DNA of 63,937 nucleotides, filler included, from Vicugna vicugna (lineage: Eukaryota), in assembly GCA_013265495.1 (NCBI GenBank). It is 76 parts of 74 records of this genome, joined end to end, with 100 filler letters (N's around TTAATTAATTAA, not from the genome) between each part and the next. Parts side by side here need not be neighbours in the genome. Positions count along the whole stretch, not along the records: positions 1 to 569 come from PNXW01022831.1; positions 670 to 1,506 come from MU062186.1; positions 1,607 to 2,107 come from PNXW01022837.1; positions 2,208 to 2,676 come from PNXW01022838.1; positions 2,777 to 3,186 come from PNXW01022840.1; positions 3,287 to 4,763 come from MU062187.1; positions 4,864 to 5,410 come from MU062188.1; positions 5,511 to 6,595 come from MU062190.1; 68 more parts are not named here. One strand, given 5' to 3'. The notes beneath the pieces were generated by a model, which made no database searches, was not told the DNA's origin, and worked only from the letters and a program-made list of their open reading frames with translations. The position numbers were made by a program, and so were the translations under genes. This document shows, piece by piece, positions 1 through 13,489 of this stretch. Within the stretch, counting starts at the first letter, position 1. Every line of letters starts with the position of its first letter.

Positions 1-569
1 AGTATTAGCGAGTGCTTCTCCATGGGATTTGGAGTTTATTAACCATAAACCCACAACATTGGAATACCTGTGCTCCTTGAAAAAAGCGTAGACTCTGTAT
101 CCCCACCACCACAACACACATGAAGAAGTTTTCTGCTATCCTGAGTGTGGGCTGGCAATTTCAGATTACAGAAGATGCTGGGTTCTAATAGAATCCCTTA
201 GCTTGTAATCCCTGAGTGTTTCCCTAGGACTGATTCTGAGAGAAACCTGGGGGTTGGGCATTGAGGCCAAATAGTAGCGAGTGTCCCCGATGGACTAAGG
301 AAGTATTTAGATGAATTCTCCATAAAGGGAAACACTTGAGCTTCAAATCTCCTGCATGGAGTGGGGCTTCAAATCTCCCCACCACACAAGGTTGTGTTCC
401 AGTATCCTGAGGGTGGGGTAGTTCCTCCAACTGACATCAGCGTCTTGGTTTTAATAGAATCCCTTTGCTTGCCTTCCCTGATGTTTTGCCAGGCCAGTGT
501 GTGCTTGACGATCTAAAACTAAGTATTAGCGTGTGCTTCTCCATGTGTATTGGAGATGTTTAAACTACA
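1..569. repeat. Satellite family D (diverged ~263-266-bp monomers)
   Basis: Recurrent motifs tattagcgagtg and aatagaatcccttagcttg at about 260-bp spacing; positions 221-500 are colinear with 32131-32415. Confidence 0.9.
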
Positions 570-2279
570 NNNNNNNNNNNNNNNNNNNNNNNNNNNNNNN
601 NNNNNNNNNNNNNTTAATTAATTAANNNNNNNNNNNNNNNNNNNNNNNNNNNNNNNNNNNNNNNNNNNNAGCTGACTCCGTGTCTGTTGCAGCTGACGTC
701 CACCACTGTCGGCCGTGTCGTTAATTTGTGGTAGTGAGTCTCCAACACCCCAGTCAGCCGTGAAGGAAAATGCTTTGGCCGATCTAGGACCTTGGATTCT
801 CACCCCTACCCTGGTTCATCTCACCTGGGGGAAGGGTTTGGCCACCACCAACATGCTGTCCATGAGGCCTTNNNNNNNNNNNNNNNNNNNNNNNNNNNNN
901 NNNNNNNNNNNNNNNNNNNNNNNNNNNNNNNNNNNNNNNNNNNNNNNNNNNNNNNNNNNNNNNNNNNNNNNNNNNNNNNNNNNNNNNNNNNNNNNNNNNN
1001 NNNNNNNNNNNNNNNNNNNNNNNNNNNNNNNNNNNNNNNNNNNNNNNNNNNNNNNNNNNNNNNNNNNNNNNNNNNNNNNNNNNNNNNNNNNNNNNNNNNN
1101 NNNNNNNNNNNNNNNNNNNNNNNNNNNNNNNNNNNNNNNNNNNNNNNNNNNNNNNNNNNNNNNNNNNNNNNNNNNNNNNNNNNNNNNNNNNNNNNNNNNN
1201 NNNNNNNNNNNNNNNNNNNNNNNNNNNNNNNNNNNNNNNNNNNNNNNNNNNNCAGTGCCTTCTGAGGTGACCCGTGCCAGGAGATGCCTCCCCCTCCAGG
1301 GAGCACCCTATGGAGGACTGTGACTCAATGCACCAAGCTGTGATCTTGTGGGGTTCCGGCCATGGTCCCTGCAGAACCAGACCTGAGATGGGCTTAGCGA
1401 GGGAAAAAATAGGACTGATTCCAGGGCAGGGGTTGGGGGAGGGAACAGTGGAAATTGAATATGACCTCAAACACCTAAGTGGGTGCTGGGGCTGTTACTA
1501 AAATGGNNNNNNNNNNNNNNNNNNNNNNNNNNNNNNNNNNNNNNNNNNNNTTAATTAATTAANNNNNNNNNNNNNNNNNNNNNNNNNNNNNNNNNNNNNN
1601 NNNNNNTGACCCTGATTACTTTAAAGACTATTTTTGGAAATGGAATAAATTTTCTAGAAGACAGAATTAGAATTAGGAAGTTAACTGCTTTCAACAAAGC
1701 AGATTTCTACCTATTATTAGGTAACCCCTCCTCAACCCACTGAGCTGTCCAAAGCTGCAGTTAATTTCCAACTTTGAGCAGGTCTGAGCACTGGCTAGAG
1801 AAATGCTTGGAGGGAGTGGTGTGGTAAGCTATCTCCAGCTCCCAGGCATGAGAAGACTTAGTAGGTACAATGACTAGCTAGTTATTGAACTTGTTCTAAA
1901 CCCTAAAGAAGAAAAGTAAATCAAACTCTTTCTTAGTAATGGTCCATTTTCTGTTCTTTCACTGGTAGTGAGAATCAGTGGCATCAGTTTTGTTAACTGT
2001 ATGGCAATGGCTGCAGGCAAATTAATCCGGCATTTATGAGGTCTTTGTAGATGCACCAAAGTGGAGGACCTTGGGATTCAATTACTTTCCCACTGCAAAG
2101 AAACCTCNNNNNNNNNNNNNNNNNNNNNNNNNNNNNNNNNNNNNNNNNNNNTTAATTAATTAANNNNNNNNNNNNNNNNNNNNNNNNNNNNNNNNNNNNN
2201 NNNNNNNGCGCCATGGAACTGAGCCAAAGGGAGGCGGGTTTTGGAGCAGGGAGGCTGAGCAGTGCCGTGTTGTTCGTAA

Positions 2280-2520
2280 GAAAATCCTGGGCTCTGGATC
2301 CACGAAGTCATTGGCTTGATACCTGACCCCAACCCTCATCTTGGGCAAATGTTTGAAGCTTTCTGTGCCTCTGTTTCTTGGTGTCCCAAATGGGGACAAT
2401 AGTAGCAATTACCTCTGAGAGTCAGGAGGGCCTTTATAGATGTCATTTCATTACGCTCACAGCAGCCCACGAGCATGGTGCTAGGTCCCCCAGTTTACAC
2501 GTGGCAGACAGGTAACCTTT
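2280..2520. mobile_element. MIR SINE fragments (one +, one probably -)
   Basis: ttgggcaaatgtttgaagctttctgtgcctctgtttcttggtgtcccaaatggggacaatagtag resembles the MIR core. Confidence 0.6.
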
Positions 2521-2776
2521 AAGAATGGACAGAACCACCATTTGTATATGATCCCTGTGTCCAGATAACTTCTATTCTCACTCAGTATCACTGGAAAACT
2601 AGTAACATCAGAACAAACACTGCTGGGAAGTGGCAGCTTGAAACATGTTTGTCGTCTTCGCCATTGGGGAGTGTTGNNNNNNNNNNNNNNNNNNNNNNNN
2701 NNNNNNNNNNNNNNNNNNNNTTAATTAATTAANNNNNNNNNNNNNNNNNNNNNNNNNNNNNNNNNNNNNNNNNNNN

Positions 2777-3186
2777 CAGGTTCTAAAATCGGACATTTGG
2801 CACCAAAAAACAATCTTTCAGTGAATTCTCACATATACAATTGTAATTTACATTGTTTACATAACCATGGCATTCCGTATTACGAACATGATTCATACAT
2901 CACAGATTCCTCAAACATGCATTTCTGAGCTGTGAACATGCGCCTGACTGAAGTTTCAAACACCAAACTAGTTACCTATGCACTTTGATAAATTTATTTT
3001 GAATGACTTCGTAGATTCTGCCTATCACCAGTTTCAAGAATCACACTTTGATCCCAAAAAAACCCTCTTGGTGCGTATTCTACCCTAGAGATATGTAATT
3101 TGAATACATTCCTTCTACAATATATTCCGTGTTCCTTAAAGGCTACATACATGAAGGATTTGACAAACATGCATTTTGAGTTGAGA
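2777..3186. repeat. Satellite family E (~247-bp diverged monomers)
   Basis: Colinear with 51901-52190 and with 56620-57790. Confidence 0.9.
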
Positions 3187-4863
3187 NNNNNNNNNNNNNN
3201 NNNNNNNNNNNNNNNNNNNNNNNNNNNNNNTTAATTAATTAANNNNNNNNNNNNNNNNNNNNNNNNNNNNNNNNNNNNNNNNNNNNAATGTCATATATCA
3301 GGGCCTGCTGAAATAATCCGGCAGACCGACCTTTCTTTCCTAGTTGCCGTACCGTGCCGGTGCCATCCAATATGCAGCAACGGCTTTTGGGAGATAATGC
3401 TGAAGGAAATGCTTCCTCATCTCACGCTGTGGACTTGGATCACACTTCACTGTCCTCTCATCCTTTTTGCATGGGTGCACGAAGGCAACCACAGAGCTAT
3501 TGCGCATCCTGTGCCTCAAACCAAACAATAATCCCAGCCCAGGTTATGAATGTAGCAGATCCTAAGGCTTTTCATTCTGATTTCAAACCCAATGACCCCA
3601 GGTTCCCTGAGACAAAATGCATGATATATCTGATTCAGCTCCAAACGTGCCCTATTGACAAAATGCCAAACTGGTCCCTGGTCCTGCAGATGCACTGGGT
3701 GTCGCTATGTTACATNNNNNNNNNNNNNNNNNNNNNNNNNNNNNNNNNNNNNNNNNNNNNNNNNNNNNNNNNNNNNNNNNNNNNNNNNNNNNNNNNNNNN
3801 NNNNNNNNNNNNNNNNNNNNNNNNNNNNNNNNNNNNNNNNNNNNNNNNNNNNNNNNNNNNNNNNNNNNNNNNNNNNNNNNNNNNNNNNNNNNNNNNNNNN
3901 NNNNNNNNNNNNNNNNNNNNNNNNNNNNNNNNNNNNNNNNNNNNNNNNNNNNNNNNNNNNNNNNNNNNNNNNNNNNNNNNNNNNNNNNNNNNNNNNNNNN
4001 NNNNNNNNNNNNNNNNNNNNNNNNNNNNNNNNNNNNNNNNNNNNNNNNNNNNNNNNNNNNNNNNNNNNNNNNNNNNNNNNNNNNNNNNNNNNNNNNNNNN
4101 NNNNNNNNNNNNNNNNNNNNNNNNNNNNNNNNNNNNNNNNNNNNNNNNNNNNNNNNNNNNNNNNNNNNNNNNNNNNNNNNNNNNNNNNNNNNNNNNNNNN
4201 NNNNNNNNNNNNNNNNNNNNNNNNNNNNNNNNNNNNNNNNNNNNNNNNNNNNNNNNNNNNNNNNNNNNNNNNNNNNNNNNNNNNNNNNNNNNNNNNNNNN
4301 NNNNNNNNNNNNNNNNNNNNNNNNNNNNNNTAGCTCTTTGTTTCTATACAACCGTGGTGGGAGGGATTTTCCGAAGACTCCAGTTTTGACATTGTGTTGA
4401 TATCTCATTTGTAGATTTTAAGAAGTTTAACAGAACTCATTTACATGTTTTGGGAGTTATACGAAAATGAAGTTAGATTTTGAAACATACTAAATCGACC
4501 TAGAAACCAGACTTGACAATTATGTTAACAATTTGTCATCTCTAAGGATAAATAGAAGATAGAATGCAAACAAGCAGTCCGAACTTTTAAAGGGGTCATG
4601 TCAACTCTTTACTGTTGAAGCCTCCGAAACCAACATTAACCATGAAATACCTATTGGAAACATGAAATAACCCCCAACCTTGGATTAACTTGTGCATGAG
4701 GTGCCCTTTACTCCCAAAGACACCTACTGGCCAATGTAGGCATTTCAAGGGGAAACATCCCTCNNNNNNNNNNNNNNNNNNNNNNNNNNNNNNNNNNNNN
4801 NNNNNNNTTAATTAATTAANNNNNNNNNNNNNNNNNNNNNNNNNNNNNNNNNNNNNNNNNNNN

Positions 4864-5410
4864 ATATTCTAAATTCTGTGTTCTACATTGTATATTCATA
4901 TTCTATACTCATTATTCGGTATTGAATATTCTAAATTCTGTGTTGTCCATTCCATGTTCTAAATTTTGTGTTCTATATTCTGTATTCTATACTCTATATT
5001 CTGTGTTCTACATTCTATATTCTAACTTCTATATTCAGTATTCTGTACTCTATATTCTAATTTCTGTNNNNNNNNNNNNNNNNNNNNNNNNNNNNNNNNN
5101 NNNNNNNNNNNNNNNNNNNNNNNNNNNNNNNNNNNNNNNNNNNNNNNNNNNNNNNNNNNNNNNNNNNNNNNNNNNNNNNNNNNNNNNNNNNNNNNNNNNN
5201 NNNNNNNNNNNNNNNNNNNNNNNNNNNNNNNNNNNNNNNNNNNNNNNNNNNNNNNNNNTATTCTGTGTATTCTAAATTCTAATTTCGAAATTCTGTATTA
5301 TGTATTCTATATACTATATTTTGTGTTCTAAATTCCATGATTTTATTTCTGGGTTCTATATTCTTTATTCTATATTCTATAATTTGTGTACATCATTCTA
5401 TACTCTATAT
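4864..5410. repeat. Satellite family C (AT-rich, 7-mer based: ATTCTAT/ATTCTAA/ATTCTGT/GTTCTAC)
   Basis: Continuous heptamer variants around TTCT; same motifs as 9197-10278 (opposite orientation) and 13490-14225. Confidence 0.9.
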
Positions 5411-7360
5411 NNNNNNNNNNNNNNNNNNNNNNNNNNNNNNNNNNNNNNNNNNNNTTAATTAATTAANNNNNNNNNNNNNNNNNNNNNNNNNNNNNNNNNN
5501 NNNNNNNNNNGGCCTTGACGTCTGCCTGGTTCTCTGTGTTTCTCTGTTGTGCTGAGTCCCCAGCCAGACAGCAAAATCCTAGGCCTGTCCCCACAAAACC
5601 CTTCTCTCCAAAATACAAGCACATCATGTCACAATCCTCTTGTTCAACCAGGGAATGTTCTGCCCAATTTTTTCCTCCCCAATAAACTACCCAATTGTCC
5701 TCCCTCCCATCACACCACTTCTTTCTTTGTGAGAACTCTGCACTCGCCAAACTCCATCCTGAACGCAGGTGCCTTGCTGGCTGGGACCGAGATGTTTCTT
5801 TCTCACACAGCCTGCGTCCTTTCACTTTCCCCTTGTTACCTTAAAAAAGCCTTTCCTGAGTCACCCACCCCTCTGATTCTGAACTTCACAAAATGCTGAG
5901 GTTGCAGTCACTATGTGCATACNNNNNNNNNNNNNNNNNNNNNNNNNNNNNNNNNNNNNNNNNNNNNNNNNNNNNNNNNNNNNNNNNNNNNNNNNNNNNN
6001 NNNNNNNNNNNNNNNNNNNNNNNNNNNNNNNNNNNNNNNNNNNNNNNNNNNNNNNNNNNNNNNNNNNNNNNNNNNNNNNNNNNNNNNNNNNNNNNNNNNN
6101 NNNNNNNNNNNNNNNNNNNNNNNNNNNNNNNNNNNNNNNNNNNNNNNNNNNNNNNNNNNNNNNNNNNNNNNNNNNNNNNNNNNNNNNNNNNNNNNNNNNN
6201 NNNNNNNNNNNNNNNNNNNNNNNNNNNNNNNNNNNNNNNNNNNNNNNNNNNNNNNNNNNNNNNNNNNNNNNNNNNNNNNNNNNNNNNNNNNNNNNNNNNN
6301 NNNNNNNNNNNNNNNNNNNNNNNNNNNNNNNNNNNNNNNNNNNNNNNNNNNNNNNNNNCTGGGGCATGACAGCCACACCAGTCTAGATTGAAAGAACAGT
6401 TGGGGTATTTGCAAGGTAATCACGGGCATGCAGCAAACTCCCCAGCTTCAATGACCTCATCTCAAAGCTGGGGCAAATAAAACTACCAAGCAAAGTGCGT
6501 GATGATTATGTTCGACATCTGTTTACTAGGTAAGTGCCCTTGAGAGCTACCGCTTAATGGGGAATGAGTACGATCAATGAGGCCCAGTCTACCTGNNNNN
6601 NNNNNNNNNNNNNNNNNNNNNNNNNNNNNNNNNNNNNNNTTAATTAATTAANNNNNNNNNNNNNNNNNNNNNNNNNNNNNNNNNNNNNNNNNNNNAGGGG
6701 TGTTCCTCAAATCTCGTATATCATGGCCACAGGAGGAATTTTCATGTTTATTTTTCACAATTCCATTCAACACAAATCGGCAGTTAGACAGTCCCTACTT
6801 TTGACCAACCTTATTTTTCCTACTGTCTTTTGGCCAGAAGTTAAAAGACAAGAAACAAACAAAACCTAACATTACAAACTAATCTATTTGCATTTTTATA
6901 ACATATTCACATGAGATAGTATGTTTTATAATTATGAAAAAACAGTTCAAGGACAGCCAAAGAGCAGTTAATCCATTCACATACTACAGGACATTATGAA
7001 TTTGGTGTCTGGTAGCAGGGCCAACCCCCCAAGTTATAGGCTTTTCCCATTTTTGAATATGAGTATTATGTCACCAAATACATGGGACTGGGGAACCATG
7101 AAAAACAAATGGAAAGTGGCTATGAACTTTAGACTTGAAGTAACTATGGACTTAAAAAATGTACACACACTATTAAAGTGGATGCCTTTTCAGCCTATAT
7201 AGAGGAGTTTATTAGAATTTTAAAAATTATCAATTAAAAAAGAATTAGCACACCATTCTTTGTAAGTGCTGCAGAGTCCCATAACAATATTAAATCTGGT
7301 TTATTTAGTCTCCCCCTATTGATGGACATTTAAAACATTTTTTTTATTACAGTGATTTTT

Positions 7361-7632
7361 CACATGCACCTCAATGTTCACAGCAGCACTATTTACAATA
7401 GCCAAGACATGGAAACAACCTAAATGCCCATCAGCATATGACTGGAAGTTGTTTTGTGTGTGTGAGTATATATATATAGTGTTTTATATATTTTTATATA
7501 TACATAGTGGAATACTACTCAGCCATAAAAAAGAGTAAATAATGCCACTTGCAAAACATGGATAGACGTGGAGATTGTCATTCTAAACCAGAAAGAGAAA
7601 GAAAAATGCCATCTGATATTGCTTATATGTGG
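7361..7632 (+). mobile_element. LINE-1 fragment, ORF2 C-terminal region
   Basis: aatgttcacagcagcactatttacaatagccaagacatggaaacaacctaaatgccc...gaatactactcagccataaaaaag is typical L1 3' ORF2 sequence. Confidence 0.92.
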
Positions 7633-7732
7633 NNNNNNNNNNNNNNNNNNNNNNNNNNNNNNNNNNNNNNNNNNNNTTAATTAATTAANNNNNNNNNNNN
7701 NNNNNNNNNNNNNNNNNNNNNNNNNNNNNNNN

Positions 7733-8462
7733 GTGAAGGACGGCTTTCACTGACACTTATCTCTCAGAACTTAGCATTTGGAGAGGCGTTCTTTAATTCA
7801 GCACAAAGGGAACGGGTTGCAGGAGAAACACTTACTCTGGTTTCTCAGTCTGTTTCCTAGTGCCGGTTTGAAGTGTCTACAGTTTTCACTGTAAAACCGA
7901 GTTGGAGCTTGTACCTCCCCATATATATGTATGGAGTGGAGTTGGCAACNNNNNNNNNNNNNNNNNNNNNNNNNNNNNNNNNNNNNNNNNNNNNNNNNNN
8001 NNNNNNNNNNNNNNNNNNNNNNNNNNNNNNNNNNNNNNNNNNNNNNNNNNNNNNNNNNNNNNNNNNNNNNNNNNNNNNCATTGCAGGAGAAACACTTACT
8101 CTGGATTCTCAGTCTGTTTCCTGGTGTTGTTTTGATGTGCCTGCCGTTTTCACTTTTAAACAGTGTTAGAGCTTGTACCTTCCCATATATATGTATGGAT
8201 TGGAGTTGGCAACTGTATAGAAACTTTGTGTTCCCTTCAAGCTAGGTGAAGGACGGCATTCACACACACTTATCTCTCAGAACTGAGAATGTGGAGAGAC
8301 GTTCGTTCATCCAGCACAATGGGAACGCATTGCAGGAGAAACACTTACTCTGGATTCTCAGTCTGTTTCCTGGTGTTGTTTTGATGTGCCTGCCGTTTTC
8401 ACTTTTAAACAGTGTTAGAGCTTGTACCTTCCCATATATATGTATGGATTGGAGTTGGCAAC
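7733..8462. repeat. Satellite family B (249-bp monomer)
   Basis: cattgcaggagaaacac at 8079 and 8328 gives period 249. Confidence 0.95.
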
Positions 8463-8680
8463 NNNNNNNNNNNNNNNNNNNNNNNNNNNNNNNNNNNNNN
8501 NNNNNNTTAATTAATTAANNNNNNNNNNNNNNNNNNNNNNNNNNNNNNNNNNNNNNNNNNNNAAAAAATAAGATGAAAATGTCCCAAAAGGGATGAGATG
8601 AAAGAAAGGCCCGTAAAATGTTAGAAAAATTATTAATACAGGATAAGATAAGCAGTTTTCTAAAATCAAAAATGACCCTT

Positions 8681-9096
8681 CATGTAAAGAAAAGGACACT
8701 GTCCTACACTGTTGGTGGGAATGTAAATTGTTGCAGCCACTATGGAGAACAGTGTGGAGGTTCCTTAAAAAACTAAAATTAGACTTACCCTGTGATCCAG
8801 CAATCCCACTCATGAGCATATATCTGGAAAAAATAAAAATCCTAATTTGAAAAGATACATGCATCCCAATATTCATAGCAGCATTATTTATAATAGCCAT
8901 GACATGGAAGCAACCTAAAAGCCCATCGACGGATGACTGGATAAAGAAGTTGTGGTATATTCATACAATGGAATGCTACTACTGTAAAAAAGGAATGACG
9001 TATTGCCATTTGCAGCAATATGGATGGACCTAGAGATTATCATACTAAAGGAAGTCAGACAAAGATAAATATCATATGTATCACTTACATGTGGAA
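8681..9096 (+). mobile_element. LINE-1 fragment, ORF2 3' end
   Basis: tacactgttggtgggaatgtaaattg...gatccagcaatcccactc...tggatggacctagagattatcatactaa. Confidence 0.95.
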
Positions 9097-9196
9097 NNNN
9101 NNNNNNNNNNNNNNNNNNNNNNNNNNNNNNNNNNNNNNNNTTAATTAATTAANNNNNNNNNNNNNNNNNNNNNNNNNNNNNNNNNNNNNNNNNNNN

Positions 9197-10278
9197 CACA
9201 GAATATAAAATATGGAAAACAGAAAATAGAAACCAGAATTTAGAACATGGAAAGCAGAACACATAATTTGGAATACAGATTACATAATACTGAATATAGA
9301 ATTTAGAATATAGAAAGTACAACACAGAATTATTAATATAGAATACAGAAAGTTGAATATAGTATTTAGAATATAGATTGTAGAACACAGAATATAGAAT
9401 ATATATTATAGATTATAGAACCCAGAATTTAGAAGAAGGAATGCAGAACACAGAATTTAGAATATAGCATACGGAATACTGAATATAGAATTTAGAATAT
9501 AGTATGTAGAACACAGAATATAGAATNNNNNNNNNNNNNNNNNNNNNNNNNNNNNNNNNNNNNNNNNNNNNNNNNNNNNNNNNNNNNNNNNNNNNNNNNN
9601 NNNNNNNNNNNNNNNNNNNNNNNNNNNNNNNNNNNNNNNNNNNNNNNNNNNNNNNNNNNNNNNNNNNNNNNNNNNNNNNNNNNNNNNNNNNNNNNNNNNN
9701 NNNNNNNNNNNNNNNNNNNNNNNNNNNNNNNNNNNNNNNNNNNNNNNNNNNNNNNNNNNNNNNNNNNNNNNNNNNNNNNNNNNNNNNNNNNNNNNNNNNN
9801 NNNNNNNNNNNNNNNNNNNNNNNNNNNNNNNNNNNNNNNNNNNNNNNNNNNNNNNNNNNNNNNNNNNNNNNNNNNNNNNNNNNNNNNNNNNNNNNNNNNN
9901 NNNNNNNNNNNNNNNNNNNNNNNNNNNNNNNNNNNNNNNNNNNNNNNNNNNNNNNNNNNNNNNNNNNNNNNNNNNNNNNNNNNNNNNNNNNNNNNNNNNN
10001 NNNNNNNNNNNNNNNNNNNNNNNNNNNNNNNNNNNNNNNNNNNNNNNNNNNNNNNNNNNNNNNNNNNNNNNNNNNNNNNNNNNNNNNNNNNNNNNNNNNN
10101 NNNNNNNNNNNNNNNNNNNNNNNNNNNNNNNNNNNNNNNNNNNNNNNNNNNNNNNNNNNNNNNNNAATATAAAATATACTCAATATATAATTTAGAATAT
10201 AGAATTAAGAAAACAGAATAAAAAATATACCTCAAAGAATATTGAAGCCAGATTTTGGAACATGGAAAGCAGAACTCA
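9197..10278. repeat. Satellite family C (reverse orientation)
   Basis: AGAAT/AGAAC heptamer variants; ccagaatttagaa landmarks at 9233 and 9422 are 189 bp (27x7) apart. Confidence 0.9.
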
Positions 10279-10378
10279 NNNNNNNNNNNNNNNNNNNNNN
10301 NNNNNNNNNNNNNNNNNNNNNNTTAATTAATTAANNNNNNNNNNNNNNNNNNNNNNNNNNNNNNNNNNNNNNNNNNNN

Positions 10379-11374
10379 GATTAAAGAAAATATTTAGAAG
10401 TGATACAACTGACAAAGTCTTAATTTTTAAAATATAAAAAATTCATAAAACCTAAAAAAAAAAGAAACCCAATCTGAAAATGGGCAGAAGCCCTAAACAA
10501 GCAATTCTCAAATAGAGACATAGAAATGCCACATAGCAATATGAAAAAAAATAATTTCTCACTATCATTATCAGAGAAGGGCAATTCAAAATTATAATGA
10601 AGTATCACCTCACAATAGTCACAATGGCCATCATTCAAAAGTCTACAGACAATAAATGCTGGGGAAGCTATGGAGAAAGGGAACCCTCCTACACTGTTGA
10701 AAGGAATGTAGTTTGGTGCAGTCATTGTGGAATACAGGGTGGGTATTCCTCAAAAGAATAAAAATTGACAATATACATTCCAGCAATCCCACTTCTGGGT
10801 ATATATCAAAGGGAACAGTAATTCAAAAAGACACCTGCACCCTGATGTTCTTAGCACTGCTGTATACAACAGCCATGACATGGAAGCAAGGTCATTTTCC
10901 AAAAACAGATGAGAGTATTCAGAAGTTATGTCGTATTTACACAGTGGAATAATATTTTGCAATAAAAAAAATGAGAAAACAATGACATTTGCAGCAAAAT
11001 GGATGTCCCCAAAAAGTGTCATTCTAATTGAAGTTAGCCAGAAAGAGAAAGAAAAATAATACATGACAAGACATATGCGGAGCATTAAAAAAAAGTTTGG
11101 ATGAGAACACTATGATTTCATCTTCAAAACTGAAACACACTCGCAGATATGCTAAACAATTTTATGATTACTGCGGAAAGGGGCTGTGAGAGGATATATT
11201 TGGGATCTGTATATTTATAAATGTTATCCACAATATATAAAAATAGTTTTTTCAAAATTTCTCTTCTATGACACAGGGCAGTAAGTTAAGTATCGTGAGG
11301 TAATCTTTAATAGGCAAAAAATATATGCATTTACGGGGACACTGTGCTCTACACCACAGATTGACACATTGTAA
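10379..11374 (+). mobile_element. LINE-1 fragment, degenerate ORF2 C-terminus plus 3' UTR
   Basis: aaaatgggcagaag...aataaatgctgggga...gaaccctcctacactgttg...ccagcaatcccacttctgggtatatatc, with multiple stops and frameshifts. Confidence 0.93.
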
Positions 11375-11474
11375 NNNNNNNNNNNNNNNNNNNNNNNNNN
11401 NNNNNNNNNNNNNNNNNNTTAATTAATTAANNNNNNNNNNNNNNNNNNNNNNNNNNNNNNNNNNNNNNNNNNNN

Positions 11475-12801
11475 TTTCAACTAGCTTGAAGGAAACACAA
11501 AGTTTCTTTTCAGTTGCGAGCGCCTCTGCATACATATATATGGGGAGGTACAAGCTCCACTCGGTTTTACAGTGAAAACTACAGGAACTTCAATCCGGCA
11601 ATAGGAAACAGTGTTAGAAACCAAAATAAGTGTTTCTCCTGACCATTGTGCTAGATGAAAGAACGTAACTCAACACGCTTAATTCTGAGAGATAAGCGTT
11701 TGTGAAAGCGGTCATTCACCTAGCTATTTGGGAACACTAATTTCTATTCAGGTACGAACTCCACTACGTACATGTATATGGGGAGGGACAAGCTCCAACT
11801 CGGTTTAACAGTAAAAACTGCAGGAAATTCAAGCCGGCACTAGGAAACAGACTGAGTAACCAGAGTAAGTGTTTCTCCTGCAACCCGTTACCTTGGTGCT
11901 GGATGAACGAACGTCTCTCCACATGCTCAGTTCTGAGAGATAAGTGTGTGTGAAAGCCATCCTTCAACTAGCTTGAAGGGAANNNNNNNNNNNNNNNNNN
12001 NNNNNNNNNNNNNNNNNNNNNNNNNNNNNNNNNNNNNNNNNNNNNNNNNNNNNNNNNNNNNNNNNNNNNNNNNNNNNNNNNNNNNNNNNNNNNNNNNNNN
12101 NNNNNNNNNNNNNNNNNNNNNNNNNNNNNNNNNNNNNNNNNNNNNNNNNNNNNNNNNNNNNNNNNNNNNNNNNNNNNNNNNNNNNNNNNNNNNNNNNNNN
12201 NNNNNNNNNNNNNNNNNNNNNNNNNNNNNNNNNNNNNNNNNNNNNNNNNNNNNNNNNNNNNNNNNNNNNNNNNNNNNNNNNNNNNNNNNNNNNNNNNNNN
12301 NNNNNNNNNNNNNNNNNNNNNNNNNNNNNNNNNNNNNNNNNNNNNNNNNNNNNNNNNNNNNNNNNNNNNNNNNNNNNNNNNNNNNNNNNNNNNNNNNNNN
12401 NNNNNNNNNNNACGAACCTCTCTAAACATGCTTTTTTCTGAGAGATATGTGTGTGTGAAATCCCTCCTTCACCTAGCTTGAAGGAAACACAAAGTTTCTT
12501 TTCAATTGCAAACTCCACTCCATACATATATATGGGGAGGTACAAGCTCCAACTCGGTTTTACAGTGAAAACTGCAGGAACTTCAAACCGGCACTAGGAA
12601 ACAGTGTTACAAACCAAAGTAAGTGTTTCTCCTGCAAACGGTTCCCCTTGTGCTAGATGAACGAACGTCTCTCAACACGCTTATTTCTGAGAGATAAGCG
12701 TTTGTGAAAGCTGTCCTTTACCTAGCTTTTTGGGAACACAAATTTCTATTCAGCTTCAAACTCCTCTACGTACATATATATGGGGAGGGACAAGCTCCAA
12801 C
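11475..12801. repeat. Satellite family B array with variant monomers
   Basis: ctagct landmarks at 11481, 11720, 11968, 12473 and 12722. Confidence 0.95.
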
Positions 12802-13013
12802 NNNNNNNNNNNNNNNNNNNNNNNNNNNNNNNNNNNNNNNNNNNNTTAATTAATTAANNNNNNNNNNNNNNNNNNNNNNNNNNNNNNNNNNNNNNNNNNN
12901 NCTTCTGAGAAATGGATGGTTTCTTCCCAATCTAAAATCTTAAATGAGTCTCTAAAAAATTCTATAATCCTCCATCTTTTTGCTTTAATTCTCCATTTCT
13001 TAAAAAACATAGT

Positions 13014-13097
13014 TTTTAAATGGAGTTAATGGGGACTGAACTGAGGGCCTCATGCATGCTAAGCACATACTCTCCAAAATGAGGTATAATCTCCCCC
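13014..13097 (-). mobile_element. tRNA-Ala-derived SINE (Vic-1-like), degenerate
   Basis: Minus strand reads gggggagattatacctcattttggagagtatgtgcttagcatgcatgaggccctcagttcagtcccca, followed by an A-rich tail. Confidence 0.8.
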
Positions 13098-13489
13098 GTA
13101 ATTNNNNNNNNNNNNNNNNNNNNNNNNNNNNNNNNNNNNNNNNNNNNNNNNNNNNNNNNNNNNNNNNNNNNNNNNNNNNNNNNNNNNNNNNNNNNNNNNN
13201 NNNNACAAAGACAGTTAGAAGGATCAACTCTGAATACTAAAGAGTTTCGCTTATTTCTGATGCATATTCAATATGTATATATGATATATTTGAATATGGT
13301 TTAAGGTAACAAGGATTCTTTTTTTTTAGTGTAGTATGAAGATGAATGAAATCTGTATCATTCTAGTGAGACAGGGACTAATTAAATTGNNNNNNNNNNN
13401 NNNNNNNNNNNNNNNNNNNNNNNNNNNNNNNNNTTAATTAATTAANNNNNNNNNNNNNNNNNNNNNNNNNNNNNNNNNNNNNNNNNNNN

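Noticed and set aside
3344..3542. Possible plus-strand exon after ctttctttcctag
   Set aside because: The donor is weak (ag|gttatg) and there is no recognisable protein in any frame.
4922..5067. Tyr/Ile/Leu/Ser/Phe-rich hydrophobic ORFs (also 9149-9388 and 13633-14281)
   Set aside because: They are translations of heptamer satellite C.
8079..8462. Adjacent satellite monomers identical over 100-135 bp at both contig ends (also 15245/15512)
   Set aside because: Identity at both contig ends is what a collapsed, circular assembly path produces; it cannot be taken as evidence of recent homogenisation.
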